A stretch of DNA of 52,403 nucleotides, counting the filler, from Basidioascus undulatus (lineage: Eukaryota), in assembly GCA_000826855.1 (NCBI GenBank). It is 3 parts of 3 records of this genome, joined end to end, with 100 filler letters (N's around TTAATTAATTAA, not from the genome) between each part and the next. Parts side by side here need not be neighbours in the genome. Positions count along the whole stretch, not along the records: positions 35,037 to 52,403 come from JTLS01000534.1; 2 more parts are not named here. The stretch is one strand, 5' to 3'. The notes under the pieces are model-generated. The model was not told the origin of the DNA. It searched no databases and worked only from the letters and a program-made list of their open reading frames with translations. This document shows positions 36,042 to 49,800 of the stretch, piece by piece. Position numbers and translations under genes: made by a program. How positions within the stretch are numbered: the first letter of the stretch is position 1; each line of letters begins with the position of its first letter.

Positions 36042-38790
36042 CGTTGCGACGGATCGAAGAGGTAGAATGACGAGGATGACGACGACAATGGGTCGGAAAC
36101 GCGTGAGAAATGGATTCCAATGCAATTGGCGTTTCAAAGTGTCGAGGAAGTAGCGAAACACTGGGTGGCGTCGATGAGGACGAGAAAGGGAGAGGAGAAG
36201 GAGAACAAGCAGCGCGAAGTCAGCAGAGCTGGTCTTTGTGCTGGGCACCCGCAAGCAAGCTTGCACGCTGAAAGGGACAGTCGGCCGCCCAAACCCGTGT
36301 TCCCAGAACAAACAAACCTTTGTCGGGGTCTGTTTGGTCTTGGTATGGGCCGGAGGAGGAGGACGAGGAGGAGGACTGGGGTTCCCACCATCAAGTCAGG
36401 CCACATCGACGACAGAACCCTCGCAGCGGACGCGAGCGTGCCCCATGATCCGCCGTCGCTTCCCAGCGATGAGCAGCGCACGCAATATCCCAGTGGCGTT
36501 GTAGCGGCGGAGGTGGACTAATTGAACCTGACGCAACGCAAGGTCGATTGTCGGACACGGAACATTCGGGTATCCACCTATCCGTCGCGGCAGAGCCTGT
36601 CAACGCATTGCAAAGTTACGGGAACGCCAACACTGCGTATACGTCCAGCGGAGGGAGCGACTCGGGATAACACGAGGCATGGCAGGTCCTTTGTCACCCG
36701 CGTTACAATTTACGGCAAACCCCCATGTGATCCTCGCTTTTTCCCTCCGACGATCCCGTCGACGATCGCGTCAGCAGCTTGCACCGTCTCCAGGCCTGAG
36801 GCCTGTTTGCGCAAAGGTTCGGTTCTGTGGATGCACCCGGCGCCGGCCCGCCTCCCGAGCAGTGAGCAGTGATTGTCCGTGCACAGCTGATAGCGCAATT
36901 TAACGAGTTGCAGCAAGGCAAGGCAGGACTGCGAACCTGTGAGCGTAAGTATGCATGTGCAACATCTACGATCCCGACGCCGTATCCGCCGAGATTAAAA
37001 CGTGTACCGCTTCCACGTGTTTTCCCAAACCACAATGCACCGTCTTTGCTGGGACACGTGCCGACATGTCGTACCTGAACGGAGCGTCCTGCCGCTGTTG
37101 CGCAATTGATGGAAAACTGGTGGAAGCACCCAAAATCCCCCCCATCCACCTGCTGATCCGCCTATCTGTACGACCAACCAAATCCCACCGACGCGCCTTT
37201 CCCGCACTGCGGCGGTGGACTCCTTTGCGCTCGAAACAAAGGCAGACAGACGGCGGTAGACTTTACGCAGCCTTCTGGCCCTTTGTCATCACATCATGAC
37301 ACTCGCTGATCCTTCGCGGGAGTTCAGCACGACGATCAGTCATTGCTGATAGTGATGATGTGCGTTCCCAGGCTGTGTTGTTTGCACGGCACGACGCACT
37401 TGAACTTTCACTCGGTAAGGCGGTGACTGAGGGCTGTTTGCGCGGCAAGAGGATTGAAAGACGTCATGGCGTGATACCATTTGTGAGAAATGGGCGAGAA
37501 ATGATGGAAGGGAAGTGTGTGCCTGTGTATTCGAAAGTGAATTGGGAAGTTGGAAAGCGTAAGCGGTGCGAGACAAAGGAGGGAAGAGGGGCAGTGCAGC
37601 CTGGCAAGATGGGACCGCAGCAGTGCGAAAATATTTCTTGCCCTACTGCTTTCCCAGTAAGATCATACATAATCATAGCCACATTGAATCTGGAAGCAGA
37701 TAGTCCGCCAGGCAAACAAATCAACCTCTGAAACGAGAGCCCCGCAGTCGAAGTCCTGAACGGCTGTGAGCCAGAGTCCGACCGTCCATAGCCAGTGGAG
37801 TGGCACTGCCGTGCATTGAGGAAACGCAAAACAACGGCCGACTCCAGGCGCTTCAACTCAGGATGATCATGAGAGCCGACCCAGCTTACCTTTTGTGCAT
37901 TAAACTCAAGTTGTAAATACACATTGCCAAGGGTAGAAAGAGTCAGTGCTGCACCTCTCTTTACCGGCCCTGCCTGATCCGAGAAATGACCTTTCTCTTC
38001 AGTCTTGCCGACGGACCGAAGGCCGAAGAGACTGAAACGCGCAGCAAACCAACTAACCCCTGACCAAAAAGCATGAATCAACCGTCTCGTATCCCCTAGT
38101 CGCCCTGAAGTTCGGTCCGCTCTCATGGCTGGTCAGGATCCAGCTAGTGTGGACGGTCGGACTCAGGACCGCGGGTACTGATTAGATGGCTGTCAGAGGC
38201 ATGGCTTTTTTGCCTGGCTTGTGGCTCGCTTGAAAGCGCCACCTCACTGTTGGATTTGAGTATATATAAATATATTCATATCCCGCCTCTATGCAAGGAA
38301 AGTCTTCGCAGCGCTGCATTCTCGCTGCATTGCCTGTTGCACAGCTTTGCCCCTCGTCCCTGCTTTGTTCCGCACAGCCATACCTTTCCACACCTACAAC
38401 TCACTTGCATTCTATGTCTCAGGCTCATTAAACATAAACCAAGCGCGGCACGCACCTTCAACCTCATGCGGCCCCAACAACCCCCAACGACCGCGCACCA
38501 GGATTTTTGGCCCCGGCCTATCATGCAGTTTCCTTGGCGCTGCAGCTTCCGGGAGCACATGCCCTAATTATCGTGGTCAAGGGAGTTGTTCTTTTGTGAT
38601 TCATGGCTGCATCGCGCGCCATACACCGCCGAAATGGAATCCGCGACCACCCGGTTCCAGTGCCGACGTCGGCCCGCTCCTCTGCCGGCGTCAGGCCGCT
38701 GTCTCTTGCCCTCAAACCACCACCATCGCTCAGCCAGCTCATCGCCCTCACCAAGCTCCTAGCCGCTCACTCCCAAACCGCTCCCTCACC

Positions 38791-39700
38791 ATGCCTGTTT
38801 CCGTGCCTATCGACGTGGTTGCGCATATCGTCGCCTGTTTGGCTGAGCCTTCGCACCCGCTCGCTTACGGACATGCTCGCGACGTGCTCGGTGCTCTCTT
38901 CGCGCTCACTCCCGTCTCGCACAACTTCAGAGACGTCACGCTTCCTCACCTGTTTCGCACCTTTGCCATTCGAGATTCGGAGGAACTCTTGTCATTTGCG
39001 CACTCGAAGCATCTGAGCTTTCTCCACCCCCTCCTGTTGTACGATAACATTCTAGTCGATGTTTTCTCACCCCCCGTGCACGCCTTCGTCAAGGTGTTTG
39101 AGATGACGGAGCCCTCCTCGCTCGTCTTCTCTTGACTGCAACAACTTTCGAGCGGTTGGGAAGGCACTGGAAGCTCATTAGCGCTTTCAAGCACGAGCTG
39201 AAGGAACTTTGGCTGTTTGGCACGATGGTGGAGTGGGAACATGGTTTCGACTGGATGAGTTTTCTAAAAGCCAGCTCGACCCCTTTTGGGGGTTGTGTCA
39301 CTGCTTCAAGTTAACGGGTGACCGTCCTTGTACCTTTTTGAGCCGTGAATTCTGTGACGGTGGTTTTGACACTCGCACATAGAGACTCCTGTACCTAGCA
39401 GGGACCGAACCCCATTCGAGAATGGGAAGTCTCCACAAGCCTGCCTGATCATATTGCAACGTTTTGGAAAAGTGAGACCGAGAGCGGTTGAGTGGCACAG
39501 CCCTGCTTGTTGCAGAAACCCCAGGTACCGGACTGCTCTTTCAAAGTGTTCTGGCGTACAGGGCACCGAAATCAGCGTTCGTCCTTCTTCTTCCTTATTT
39601 TCTGTCTTCAGCTCGCCCTACCCTGGCAGACTGCTTATGGGGCGTAACAACCGTGAACTGCTGTCGAGACTTTTGGGAGCATTTTGCAATGTATATATAG
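38791..39700 (+). pseudogene. F-box-like gene, tandem copy 1, disrupted
   Basis: MPVSVPIDVVAHIVACLAEPSHPLAYGHARDV...VSHNFR...PHLFRT. Frameshift near 39120; the AFKHELKE segment is in another frame. Confidence 0.6.
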
Positions 39701-39942
39701 TCATCCCTCAAATATACAGGTTACACTCTGCACCTTAATTATTATAACATACGATAAAGAGAGTGCAGATGCGGGAGCCGTAAATTGCGACAAACTCGTT
39801 TCCTCGCGCACTGCTTCTTGATCGGAATGCAACGCATGCAGCGTCGGGCCCCGACTCTCTTGCCGCCGAACCACCATCATCCCCTCACCAGCTCATCGCC
39901 CTCCCAAGCCTCCAGTCGCTCAAATTCGGACCACCCCTCACA

Positions 39943-40835
39943 ATGTCCATTTCCATCCCCATCGACATCGTTGCGCATGCCATCGCCCGCTTGGCTGAAC
40001 CCTCGCACCCGCTCGCCTACGGACACGCTCGTGACGTGCTCGATGCTCTCCTCGCTCTCAGTCTTGTTTCGCACGACTTCCGGGCGGTCATGTTCCCGTA
40101 CATGTTTCGTACAATCCGTGCTCGATCGGCTGCAGAGAATTCGTCTCTTGCCCAATCGCCGCTCTCGCTGTTCCATGTCGATGACCTGAAATCACGCGGC
40201 TTCCGAGTCGATGAAAGCCTATCACATGCCGCACACAGCTTGCTCGAGGTGTTTCAGCTCACCGAGCCTCGTCTGAGGCGTCTCATCGTGGACTACGACA
40301 AGTTCTATTTGCTGCCAAAAACAGCCTGCCTCGAAGAATCATTTGGCGCCTTGAAGCACGAGCTCGAGAAATTTGCCATGTTCGATATCTATGAGACCCT
40401 AAAGAGCACAAGTGACTTCGGCTGAACATGTTTCACTGAGGCCATCAGTTCGAGGCCCTCGACGTTGAGGAGACTCCCCTCATCGGCCGTGCTCCTCACC
40501 CCCGAACACGCTGCAACCACCAGCAAGTTCACCTCGCTCACACATATGCCCTGATTCACGCAGAGTACCATTAAAGAGCTCTTGCCGAAGCTCTGCGGCC
40601 TCTTCCACGATTGTGGCGTGTCCATCTGATCATTGGCGACTTGGCATCGCTCTCGCTGCAGACAGAACTGCGAGCCGTTGACGACGCCTTTCGCGAGAGG
40701 TTGGTAGAAGTCTTGGTTCATTCGTTTAACAGAATGCCGACCTGTGCGTTTTTGGAGGCAAATGAGTGGGCTCAAGAAAAGTTGATGGACCGGACGCTGT
40801 TAATGTGGGTGGGTTGCCCTTCAGGGAGGCTCTGA
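39943..40835 (+). pseudogene. F-box-like gene, tandem copy 2, disrupted
   Basis: MSISIPIDIVAHAIARLAEPSHPLAYGHARDV...VSHDFR...PYMFRT. Stop at 40423-40425, with a protein-like tail at 40611-40835. Confidence 0.6.
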
Positions 40836-43800
40836 ACAAGGCCGACTGAACGTACGGGGCTTCGGGAGGATGAATGAAACTTCAAAGGGACTAAAAGCGG
40901 CTGACCACGTGTATTATTTGTTCATGCTGTCCATAGGTTTCGTCTTAGGCAAGCGTCAAGCCGGAAATCAATGGAACTCCACCATGTCACATCAAGTGAA
41001 GCAGGATGCGCATCCTCCCCAGCTTTGCATACCGGAAAACTTGACATTGCGCGCTGGTGATTTAGGTACAGGGATAAAGAAACAGTTGGATGGCATCGTT
41101 GCGTAAGCTACGCTGTTGCGAATGTCATCTATTGTTGTTTGTATTGCTGACGGTTGTCGATATTTCTGGAGGGTGTTGTAAATATACAGGAGCTTCCTAT
41201 GCAGCAATAAACATGCTGTGTCGGACTCATGCAAAGGTCCTTTGACATGACAGGACCGGCGGGCCTCTTGTGAAGTAGACCCTCGGGCAGCTGGAGAACC
41301 ACTGGTAACCCATTCTTCGTGCTCTCCTCCGAAGCTTGTACGGAGGGGCTTTTCCGATTCCCTTGAATTGGCTTTGGGAGTGCACTCTGCGCGCTTGTTC
41401 TCCGTGGACAGTTTACACGCATTATGAGATGCGCCCTTTCGGCTTTGCGAGTGCTGCAGTATTCCCCTTCTCTTCCTTGCTTACCTTTTTGATCTTTTGA
41501 TTTCGGACTTAAATTTGGTCTTCAGCTGTGTCTTGCCCTTTACTAGTCTTTCCTACAAACCCCATATATTGCTTGATTCAATGAATGCTAATGCACTTTA
41601 CTGAACAGTTTGCATTGGTCTTGCTAATTTGGTATTACCTTGCATTCATTAGTACCTGGTGGTTGTCTGTCTTGAATTGGCACAATCAGTGCCGGCAGTC
41701 TTTCTGCAACACCTCGATGCTATCTCTCTCTTGAAGCTTCAAGTCAATGCAAGGAATGAACTAAGCCCAGGAATAGAGAAAGGCGGAAGTATAATGGATT
41801 GGATAGGCTAAGGCTGAAGGCATCTGCCCATACAGGTTGTGGTTTAAACTGACTTGCAGTGTGACACAAGTGGAAAGGACCAACAGATTTAGCTGGGTCA
41901 ATTTGACATATCTGCTTCTCAATGGAACAGGCTTAAGGACAATTAACCCTGTTCTGGGTGTAGTGGGTGTGGTTGTGTGCGTGGCGGTTTGACAACCATG
42001 CCAGATGCCAACTACGAACTGCAATGTGGACAATCACACTGCTTTCTACTTACTATACAACCCTGGACCCCTAATTAGGCTCAGATGCAAAAAGTTACAT
42101 AGAGAAGGCGACCGGCTTACCTTTAAAGTGTTCTGACTTTGGGAAGGGGAATCGGAACCCGCCGTGCGCCAGCGACGGCCCCACTTTCCGCAAGTCCTCA
42201 GGGCCGATGTTTTCAATGCAGTGCGGATGCTTGGCTCAAGTCACCCAGTCGAGCTTCCGCTGTTCCGCTTCATCCGTCCTCTCGTGACCTCGTCGGCTGG
42301 ATTGCCGTCGGCCTCGGTAAGGCCGATTTGGATGCCCAGTGCTCTTTTGTGAGAACAGAGGCCGCCAACGTCTCAAGGACGCCCACGCTCGTTGTGCAGA
42401 CTGTGGCTTGAGGCTCATTCCCAATCAGCTGCCGCAGCGCCATAACAACCAAGGACCCGCTCTTTGCTCTTTATCACTCACCATCATCTTGAAATGGGGC
42501 CTCAAAGCTCCGTCCAGATTTTCTATACCACCCTGTCTTCATCACCGTCACCGTCACGCGCGACGCCGACCGCTGCCGCGGCCTCATCTCAACCGCATTC
42601 CGCCGCCAGCCTCTCCCAATCTCAAGCTCGCAACAGCCTTTTTGGACCAGCAGCCCAACCTCTCACACAATGCTGCGGAGAGTTCCACGCCGCGCTCTCC
42701 GTCCCGCGGCCCGTGGACCTCTACAACCTGTACATCGCACGCTGCTGGTGCCCAATGTTGAACGAAGACAAAAAGTGCGTTCCGTGGATCTGTGCCAGCT
42801 GCCTATCCAGGAGCGGCTCTTTCAACTTTCAGGTGTTGAGACACACTCTCTTTGGACCGCAACGTTTGGGTGCGATATAGGTGCCGCTGCAACCCGTGCA
42901 AATACGTGTGAGCGGACGCGCGGGCGAAGGAAGTGTGGGAGTTGTGGACCGCCGGAAGGATGAAATAGTATTGGTAATTTCCCATCTGGAAGTGTGTCCG
43001 AATTTCGGAGTGCGGAAACGGGAGGTCTTGATGTGGGGATATGTTGGATGGTGTGCCCGTTGCATTCAATGCGCAGAGCAGCCGATGAGCAACTATGCGG
43101 TGGAATGTTGTACCCCTGAGATGATTCTGGCATGATCCCAGCAACTGCCGCAACTCTTGCTCAAAGGTAGTTACCTCTCTGAAGAGCCGTTTGCACAGCA
43201 AGGCGATACACAGCCCAGTCCAACGCTCATCTCAGGCCTCGACAGCAATCAGCTCCAAAACAGCCTCCTTATCTATCTCGTAGTTCTTAGATATATAGTG
43301 TGGATGCTCTCCCGGTTCTGGCTAAGCTGACTGTCCAAAATCAGCCAAATGCGTATTGTCGCCATGCAGCGCTGGCTACCGGTCGTCCTCTCTCGCAGCT
43401 TGTTTCCGGAACGCTCGCTTGCGCCTTGGATACGTGAGTAAAACTCTAAGAGAATAGGGGATAAACTATCCTTCCTCTATTGTCATTTGTGCTGGCTCCC
43501 TTGCTATCTCAGCTGTGCACGCTGGACGCTGGTGTCTGTCAAGAAGGCAGGGCTCATGAAGGCTGTCACGGTCTTGTTTGGGGGGCGGCAGGTAGGGGTG
43601 ATTGGCCTTCAATAAGGAGCTATATTAGGAAAGTTTTTGGCTGGGCGAATCAAAAGATCACCGTGGGCGGCGTTGGTTCTGTGGCAGTCTAGACAGGAGC
43701 ATGTGAAGACGTTAGCACCTCACAGATTGTTCTGCGCACTGCGTGTGTGCGTGCGCGCTGAGGCAGGGACTTGCGGTTCTTCCCTGTACCAAACCTGGAA

Positions 43801-45411
43801 GAATTCAACCGCTGGTTCGTGGTTAGGTATGTGAGGTACTCGCGTCATGAGAAGGGGTACGCCTGGGACTTTCTGCAATGAGTGCGCTGTGTTCTGCAGC
43901 CACACTGGAGAATAAACACCGCATGCACGCTCTCGAGACTAAAATATATTCAAGGAACACTCAGATAACTGAAAATGCGGAGTGCTTTACCTAGCGATAC
44001 CGCGCCGCTCAGCTCCGTCCGGCCCGCATTCTGTCAGACTTCGACTATCCCTGGGCGAGCGTGTCCAGACCTCGTCAAGCTGCTCAACGACCTCAACGAC
44101 ACCAAGCACGGAGTCCGTCGTCTCGTATTCGATACTGCTCTTCTCTTAGGACTAGACAAAACTGTCGTTCGCCGCAAATGGGCGGTGGTTTGCCGAGAAC
44201 GGCAATATCATGACCTAAAGGAAATCAGTTTCATGGCCCTGGGTATGATAAACGGCTCCAAACGGCACGACTTTCTGTCAGCCCGACCTTACGGAATGCG
44301 GCGCTACTTTGAACCGTGCATTTCAGCCGATACGAGCCTGCAACTGGGGGGAACTCTGTTTCATAACCAATCTTGTCCTAACCTTACCTTACCAATCGGA
44401 CCCAGATGGTCTGCAAAATATCATCCCTAGTAGATGTGGAGAGTGAAGGGCAGATCTGCAGACAGCTTGCCAAAAAAAACCGCTCACGCAAGCAATTCCT
44501 CAGTACTGCACTTCACTTGTGGAGACCGGCAAAATGTGATGGAACAGAGTCTACTTTCGTTTGGAGATGCACAGAACCAATGTGTTAGTTGGACTGGGAG
44601 GGTCTTTCGCCTCGTGTCACACTGAACGTCGTCAACAACAATCAGTGACCGCATTCATATGCATGGCCACACAGTCAGCGAACAATTGCTGTCGGAATCC
44701 GGCCCAGATTCCTTGGCCGACTTCCAACTGTTGGAGCTCAGATGAGCAGGGAGTTCTGTGGTGACTGCTGCGCCTATGGCAGAATGCATCAAGGCATGTC
44801 CTGCCGCACCGAAGTTCTCACCGAAGCTCCACTATACAACTTCGCGACTCGGGCCGCTGTGATGTCTAACGCATCTTTCAATCTGAACAGCTTTAAGACA
44901 CAGCACAATATCTCGCAGATCAACCCAACTGCCCTTGGATTGGGTTGGATTTTTGCATTTGGGCCCCGTGCATTGTCAACCAGGGAGTGTGACCAGGTCA
45001 GCTGAGTACAGCGGAACAGCCTGCTTGCCTTGGATGGGTCATTGCCCGTACTTAGGCATGGCATTTGCCTGAGTCTATTCCCAGGCGGACGTTGGTAAGT
45101 CCGTCGGGAAGTTACCCAAGGGCCCAACACCCCACCGTATTTCAAGGCATGGATTTCCCTTTCGTCTGGATGAGAGGAGGATGGACCCTGTACAGTAATA
45201 TATGGAAATAGTTTACACTGTGGCACAAGCTAGGCGGTCCCCGATCTAACTGCTCAGTCTTTGGCGCTGAGGCCGCCAGAGCCGTGGTCTGAATTTATGT
45301 AGCTGTTCGCCGACGCGCCTTGCGCCTTGGGTGTCCACCCCCACGCCCACCTCGCAACAACTCACGAAGTCTCCATGCCGTTAACACCATCTGAAGTAAC
45401 AATTATTCGCC

Positions 45412-46260
45412 ATGACCTGTCCGCCGTCTCTCGAGCGTCTTCCGGTCGAGCTTCACCGCGAGATCGCCGGCCATCTGGGCGTCCGGGATCTGAAGAATCT
45501 CTCCTGTAGCTCTTCCTATCTCTGCCCTGTGTCCCAGGCGCTCGCGTTTGGAGTCAGTGGCATTCGACTTAACAGCCATGAGAATCACGATCGACTGAGC
45601 AATGCTGTGCGAGCGTGGCCGCGAATGCGCACATTGGTCTCGTGCGTATCGCTTCATTCGAGTTGAGTTCTTCCCGGAGCTCGCCCTTACGTGTTGCGAG
45701 TTACATCACCGTCACAATCGAATCAGGACTCCTACACTTTACCTCCGATGGCCCTCTCAAGGTGCCTCCAATGTCTGCTTCGAAGCTCGCGAACGTCGGT
45801 TCAACGGTTGCCCAACCTCGAGCGCGTCGCGCTCTCTTGTTGGCCAGCCCAGCTCAAGGACGCCTGGATGATCGGTCGCGCTCTCGCTCAAAGCCCTCGC
45901 CTTCGCACGATCGATTTCGACTTTCTTGGGCGCACGCCTGCATCTTTCGTTCTGCCAAACTGGCATAACCGATCTGGTGCTTCGCTACTCGCCACCCTGG
46001 TTCCGAGGTACCTGGTACGCTGCGCACAAGGCTCAGACGCTCGTTGACAGCTCTTTGTCCATCGCATGGAGGTCGGCGCCAAGTCTGCGCGGGGAACTCT
46101 CATCGTTCAAGTCCATTGGTTGTGCGAGGGAGGGTTACGAGCAGGCGCTGCGGGGCTACGCAACACACGACACTGCGCACATGCATCTTTCATTCAGTTG
46201 CAACGTTCTCTCAGCCCAGGCAATCACGCGCGCTGTGGCAGACTATCGACCAGTATGATT
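45412..46260 (+). pseudogene. F-box/LRR-like gene remnant
   Basis: F-box-like LERLPVELHREIAGHL...DLKNLS followed by a stop at 45666. LRR-like LPNLERVAL and PRLRTIDF occur in another frame. Confidence 0.6.
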
Positions 46261-46435
46261 GCGTGCAAGGAGGTCGAACGAACCATGGTTTTGTGGTAGG
46301 TCGACACTGCGCACATGCATCTTTCATTCAGTTGCAACGTTCTCTCAGTCCAGGCAATCAAGCGCGCTGCGGCAGACTATCGACCAGTATGATTGCGTGC
46401 AAGGAGGTCGAACGAACCATGGTTTTGTGGTAGGT
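46168..46435. repeat. Head-to-tail tandem duplication, 2 x 134 bp
   Basis: 46168-46301 vs 46302-46435, with three substitutions by eye. Confidence 0.95.
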
Positions 46436-46859
46436 AAGACAGCAAGTGAGACGAGCGGAAAGGAAAATGCTATACGACTTGATTGAGATGAGAGAGCGGG
46501 ATGGAATGCTATAACTACTGCCTATACTAAAGCTAAACTACCTTGTTATGACTAGCTACGAGATGGGACCGATGATCGAGGCGAGCGGCGGCTTATTCAC
46601 AGGAGACGTGGATGGCGAAGAGGATGAGGAGGGGTATCGCATGCGAAGATGGACGACACTGCGGATGGACGGCGATCGAAGTGGATCGGGGAAACGGAGA
46701 GATGAGGAAGAAGGGTGCGTTCACGATAAAGGGGAGACTAGCAAAAAGCAAAAATGAAAAGCAAGGAAGCCCTAAGCAAAGGAAGACAAAACAGAATTGA
46801 TGACAGGAATCTACAGAAAGCGGGAGGGAAGGTGAAGGGAGGCGAAGGGCGCGGGGCGA

Positions 46860-49800
46860 CTACAGGTTATACCGGTCGCGCAGGCGCTCCTGGATGGGCG
46901 CGGGCAGGGCGGCCATTTGCGTGGGCCAGTTGTCGCCTGCGGCGGCCTTGAACGAGTTGAGGAGGGTGTTGAATTGCGCGTTGAGCTCGGCAGAGGGCGT
47001 GCTCCACCGGACGACGGCGTTGCAGAAGAAGGGGAGGGACTGCGAGCGAGCGAGCGCGAGGACGGCGAATGTGTCAACTCGACCTGCTCCTACAGCAGCC
47101 GCACGGCATCTATCGAACGCACCTTCGCCAGCCCGCTCGGGTTCGCCTGAACCATCGTGCAGAACCCACGGAACGCCGAGTCCTTCTCCTCGTTGTCCTT
47201 GATCTCCCACAAAGATTGACACCTATTCCCACCTCCATCCGATTAGCATTGGGACAACCCACGCGTCTCAAAGTCCACCCGCACTCACCAAGCGGTCGCG
47301 AAGTGCTCCAAGTGCGGGGCGACGATCTCCGGGCAGACTAGGCCGATGCGGCCGATCGTCACCGCCGCGTTCTCGGACAGGCTCTTTACGCTCTTGGGGT
47401 TGAGCAGGATAGGGACCAGGCGCTCGATGAGACCAGGCACGAACGGCTTGAACTCGCTCACGTCCGGTACTAAATCCCACCGACAATGTCAGCACGCACT
47501 CTCACCGGTAGGAGGAGAATGAAGCGTTCACGCACCGCGTGTATAAGACATGGCGACCTCTCCCGCTGCCCAGGCGGCGTTGTTGCAGACGCTGACCGAG
47601 TCCATGCGCGGGTCGACCTCGATCTGGTGCGTCATGTCGGGGAGCAACTGGCCGAGGGCCGGACGGAGGATACCGAAGCACGAGACGGCGAGGTCGCCGA
47701 GGAGGGCGTAGGCGGACTGGCGGACGGAGGGCTCGGGGTACTGTTTTTTCGAAGGCACGAATCAGCTTCCGTCTTCGATCTCAGAGGGAAGAGTGGGGAA
47801 AGGAAAAAGGAAGAGCGGGAGAAGAGCGGGTAACGCACCTTCAAGCAGTACGACAGCAGCTGCAACAGGGGCGGGTCGCTGCTAGCAATAAGCTGCTCGG
47901 CGTTCTGGCCGAGGCCCTGAACGAGCCCCGAGAGGAGGTCGAGGGCGACGATGACGAACGTCTTGTCGGGCTGGTCCACGTTGGCGTTCTCGGGGAGCAG
48001 GGTCGCCTGGAACGCGGCGAGGTTGGCGCGGATGATGCGCACGCAGCGCTCGAAGACGGGCTGCGCGTAAGGTGCGAACGAGTGGCCCGCGGCGACGGTT
48101 ACGGAGGAGAGGCACTACGGGCGTCCCACCGAGCACCGATCAGCCCCTTCGTCTTCCCTTCTCACACCTTTAACCGAACAGCGCAAAGGAACGCAGACGC
48201 ACCTCGAACAGCGGAATGAGATCCTCGTCCTCGTCCTTGAGCTTCTGCCACTTCTCCACGAGCGGCTGCATCAAGACGTCGACAAACTCCTTGTTGTCGA
48301 GCGCGTCGCCGACGGCGTCCGCGAGCGTCCCGATCGCGTCGTACAGGATGAGCAGGTTTTTCTGCTGGTACTTGGAGAACGCGAACACGAGGTTGCCGAG
48401 CACGGGGTGCAGGAAGGGCGCGAGCTCGCGCCCGGCCTCTTCCTCGAGCGTCGCGAACGCGCTGCATCCCGCCTCTTGCACGCGCTTGTTGTTGTCCAGG
48501 ACCATGCGCAAGAGCTGCATGATCCCACCATGAACTTGTCAGCTGCCGCTGGTTCGAAGGGGCACGGACGTGCGAGGCGGGGCCGGTGGGGATGGGCGGC
48601 CAGCGAGGAATAGGGAAGGAAGCGGAGGGGAGGGGAGGAAAGGGGAACGAGACGCACCCCTTCCATCGCAGGGATGAAGTACGTATTCCGGTGCTCGTCT
48701 GAGAGCGGCTGGACACACCAGCTCGAGTACCGCCCGAGCGTCCAGCACGTGATGGAGCGGACGAGGGGCTGCGGGCCGGGTGGAGTGGGGTCGAAGAGGG
48801 TGGAGAGGGGAGAAAGGGGGAACGGAGGGTGTAGGGGAGCGCGGGGGGAAGGGAGAGAAGGGAGAGAAGGGATGGGAGGAAGAAGGAGGAAGAAGAGATG
48901 AGCGTTCGATCCAGCGGGGTGGGATGAGAAGGCGGAGAAGCAGCGCACCTTCGGGTCGTTGAGGGATTGGATGAGGAATGGCACGAGCGTGGGGAGGTGA
49001 GGCTCAATGCCCTCGATGCAGCCTGCCCGTCCCACCCCGCACACACATCAACGGCCGTCCTCCTCCCTCTCTCCCAGCCCCGCCAGCCAGCCCAAAACGC
49101 AAACGCACCTTCGGCGATCGCGCCCAATGCGAGGATGCCCGACTCGCGGTTGAGCCAGTCGGGGGCGAAAAGTCGCTCCTTGAGGAGGGGGAGGAGGATC
49201 GCGAGGAGGTCGTCTCCGTAGTTGACGGCCATGACATCGATCGCGGCGGCAGAGCACTTGCGGAGGTTCCACTCGGACGTGAGCTCGTCGTCGTCAAAGT
49301 CGTCGTCGTCGTAGTCCTCATCCTCGTCCTCCTCGTCCTCGTCCTCCGCCCCGGCGTCCCGCCCCATCTTCGCCATCCCTGCGCCCGCCGCGCCCTCGCT
49401 CGCCTGCGTGTGCGCCTTCCCGCCGTAAAACTTGGGCTTGATGTCGGACTCGCGATCCGGCACCGCCGCGTCGTCCTCGTCCGTATCGAGGAGGATGAGG
49501 TCCGTCTCGGAGTAGACCATCCCCTGGAGGAGGACGGGCGCGACGAGGGGGAGGAGCGGGCGAAGGTGCTGCGCGAGCTCGTGCTCCTCGGCGAAGGTGA
49601 GCCAGAACTCGCACGCCTCGAGCGCGACGGCCTCGTCCTTGTCCTGCGTCGAGTAGAGCATGAAGGTCGCGACGTTGTCCATCTCTGGCATGAGCTTGTC
49701 AGGGCGCGCGGCCAGCAGCTGGACGAGCGCCGCGCAGACGTGTTGCCGGACCTCGGGGATCTCGTCCGACGCGCGCTGGAAGAGCGCGGCGATGAAGGCG

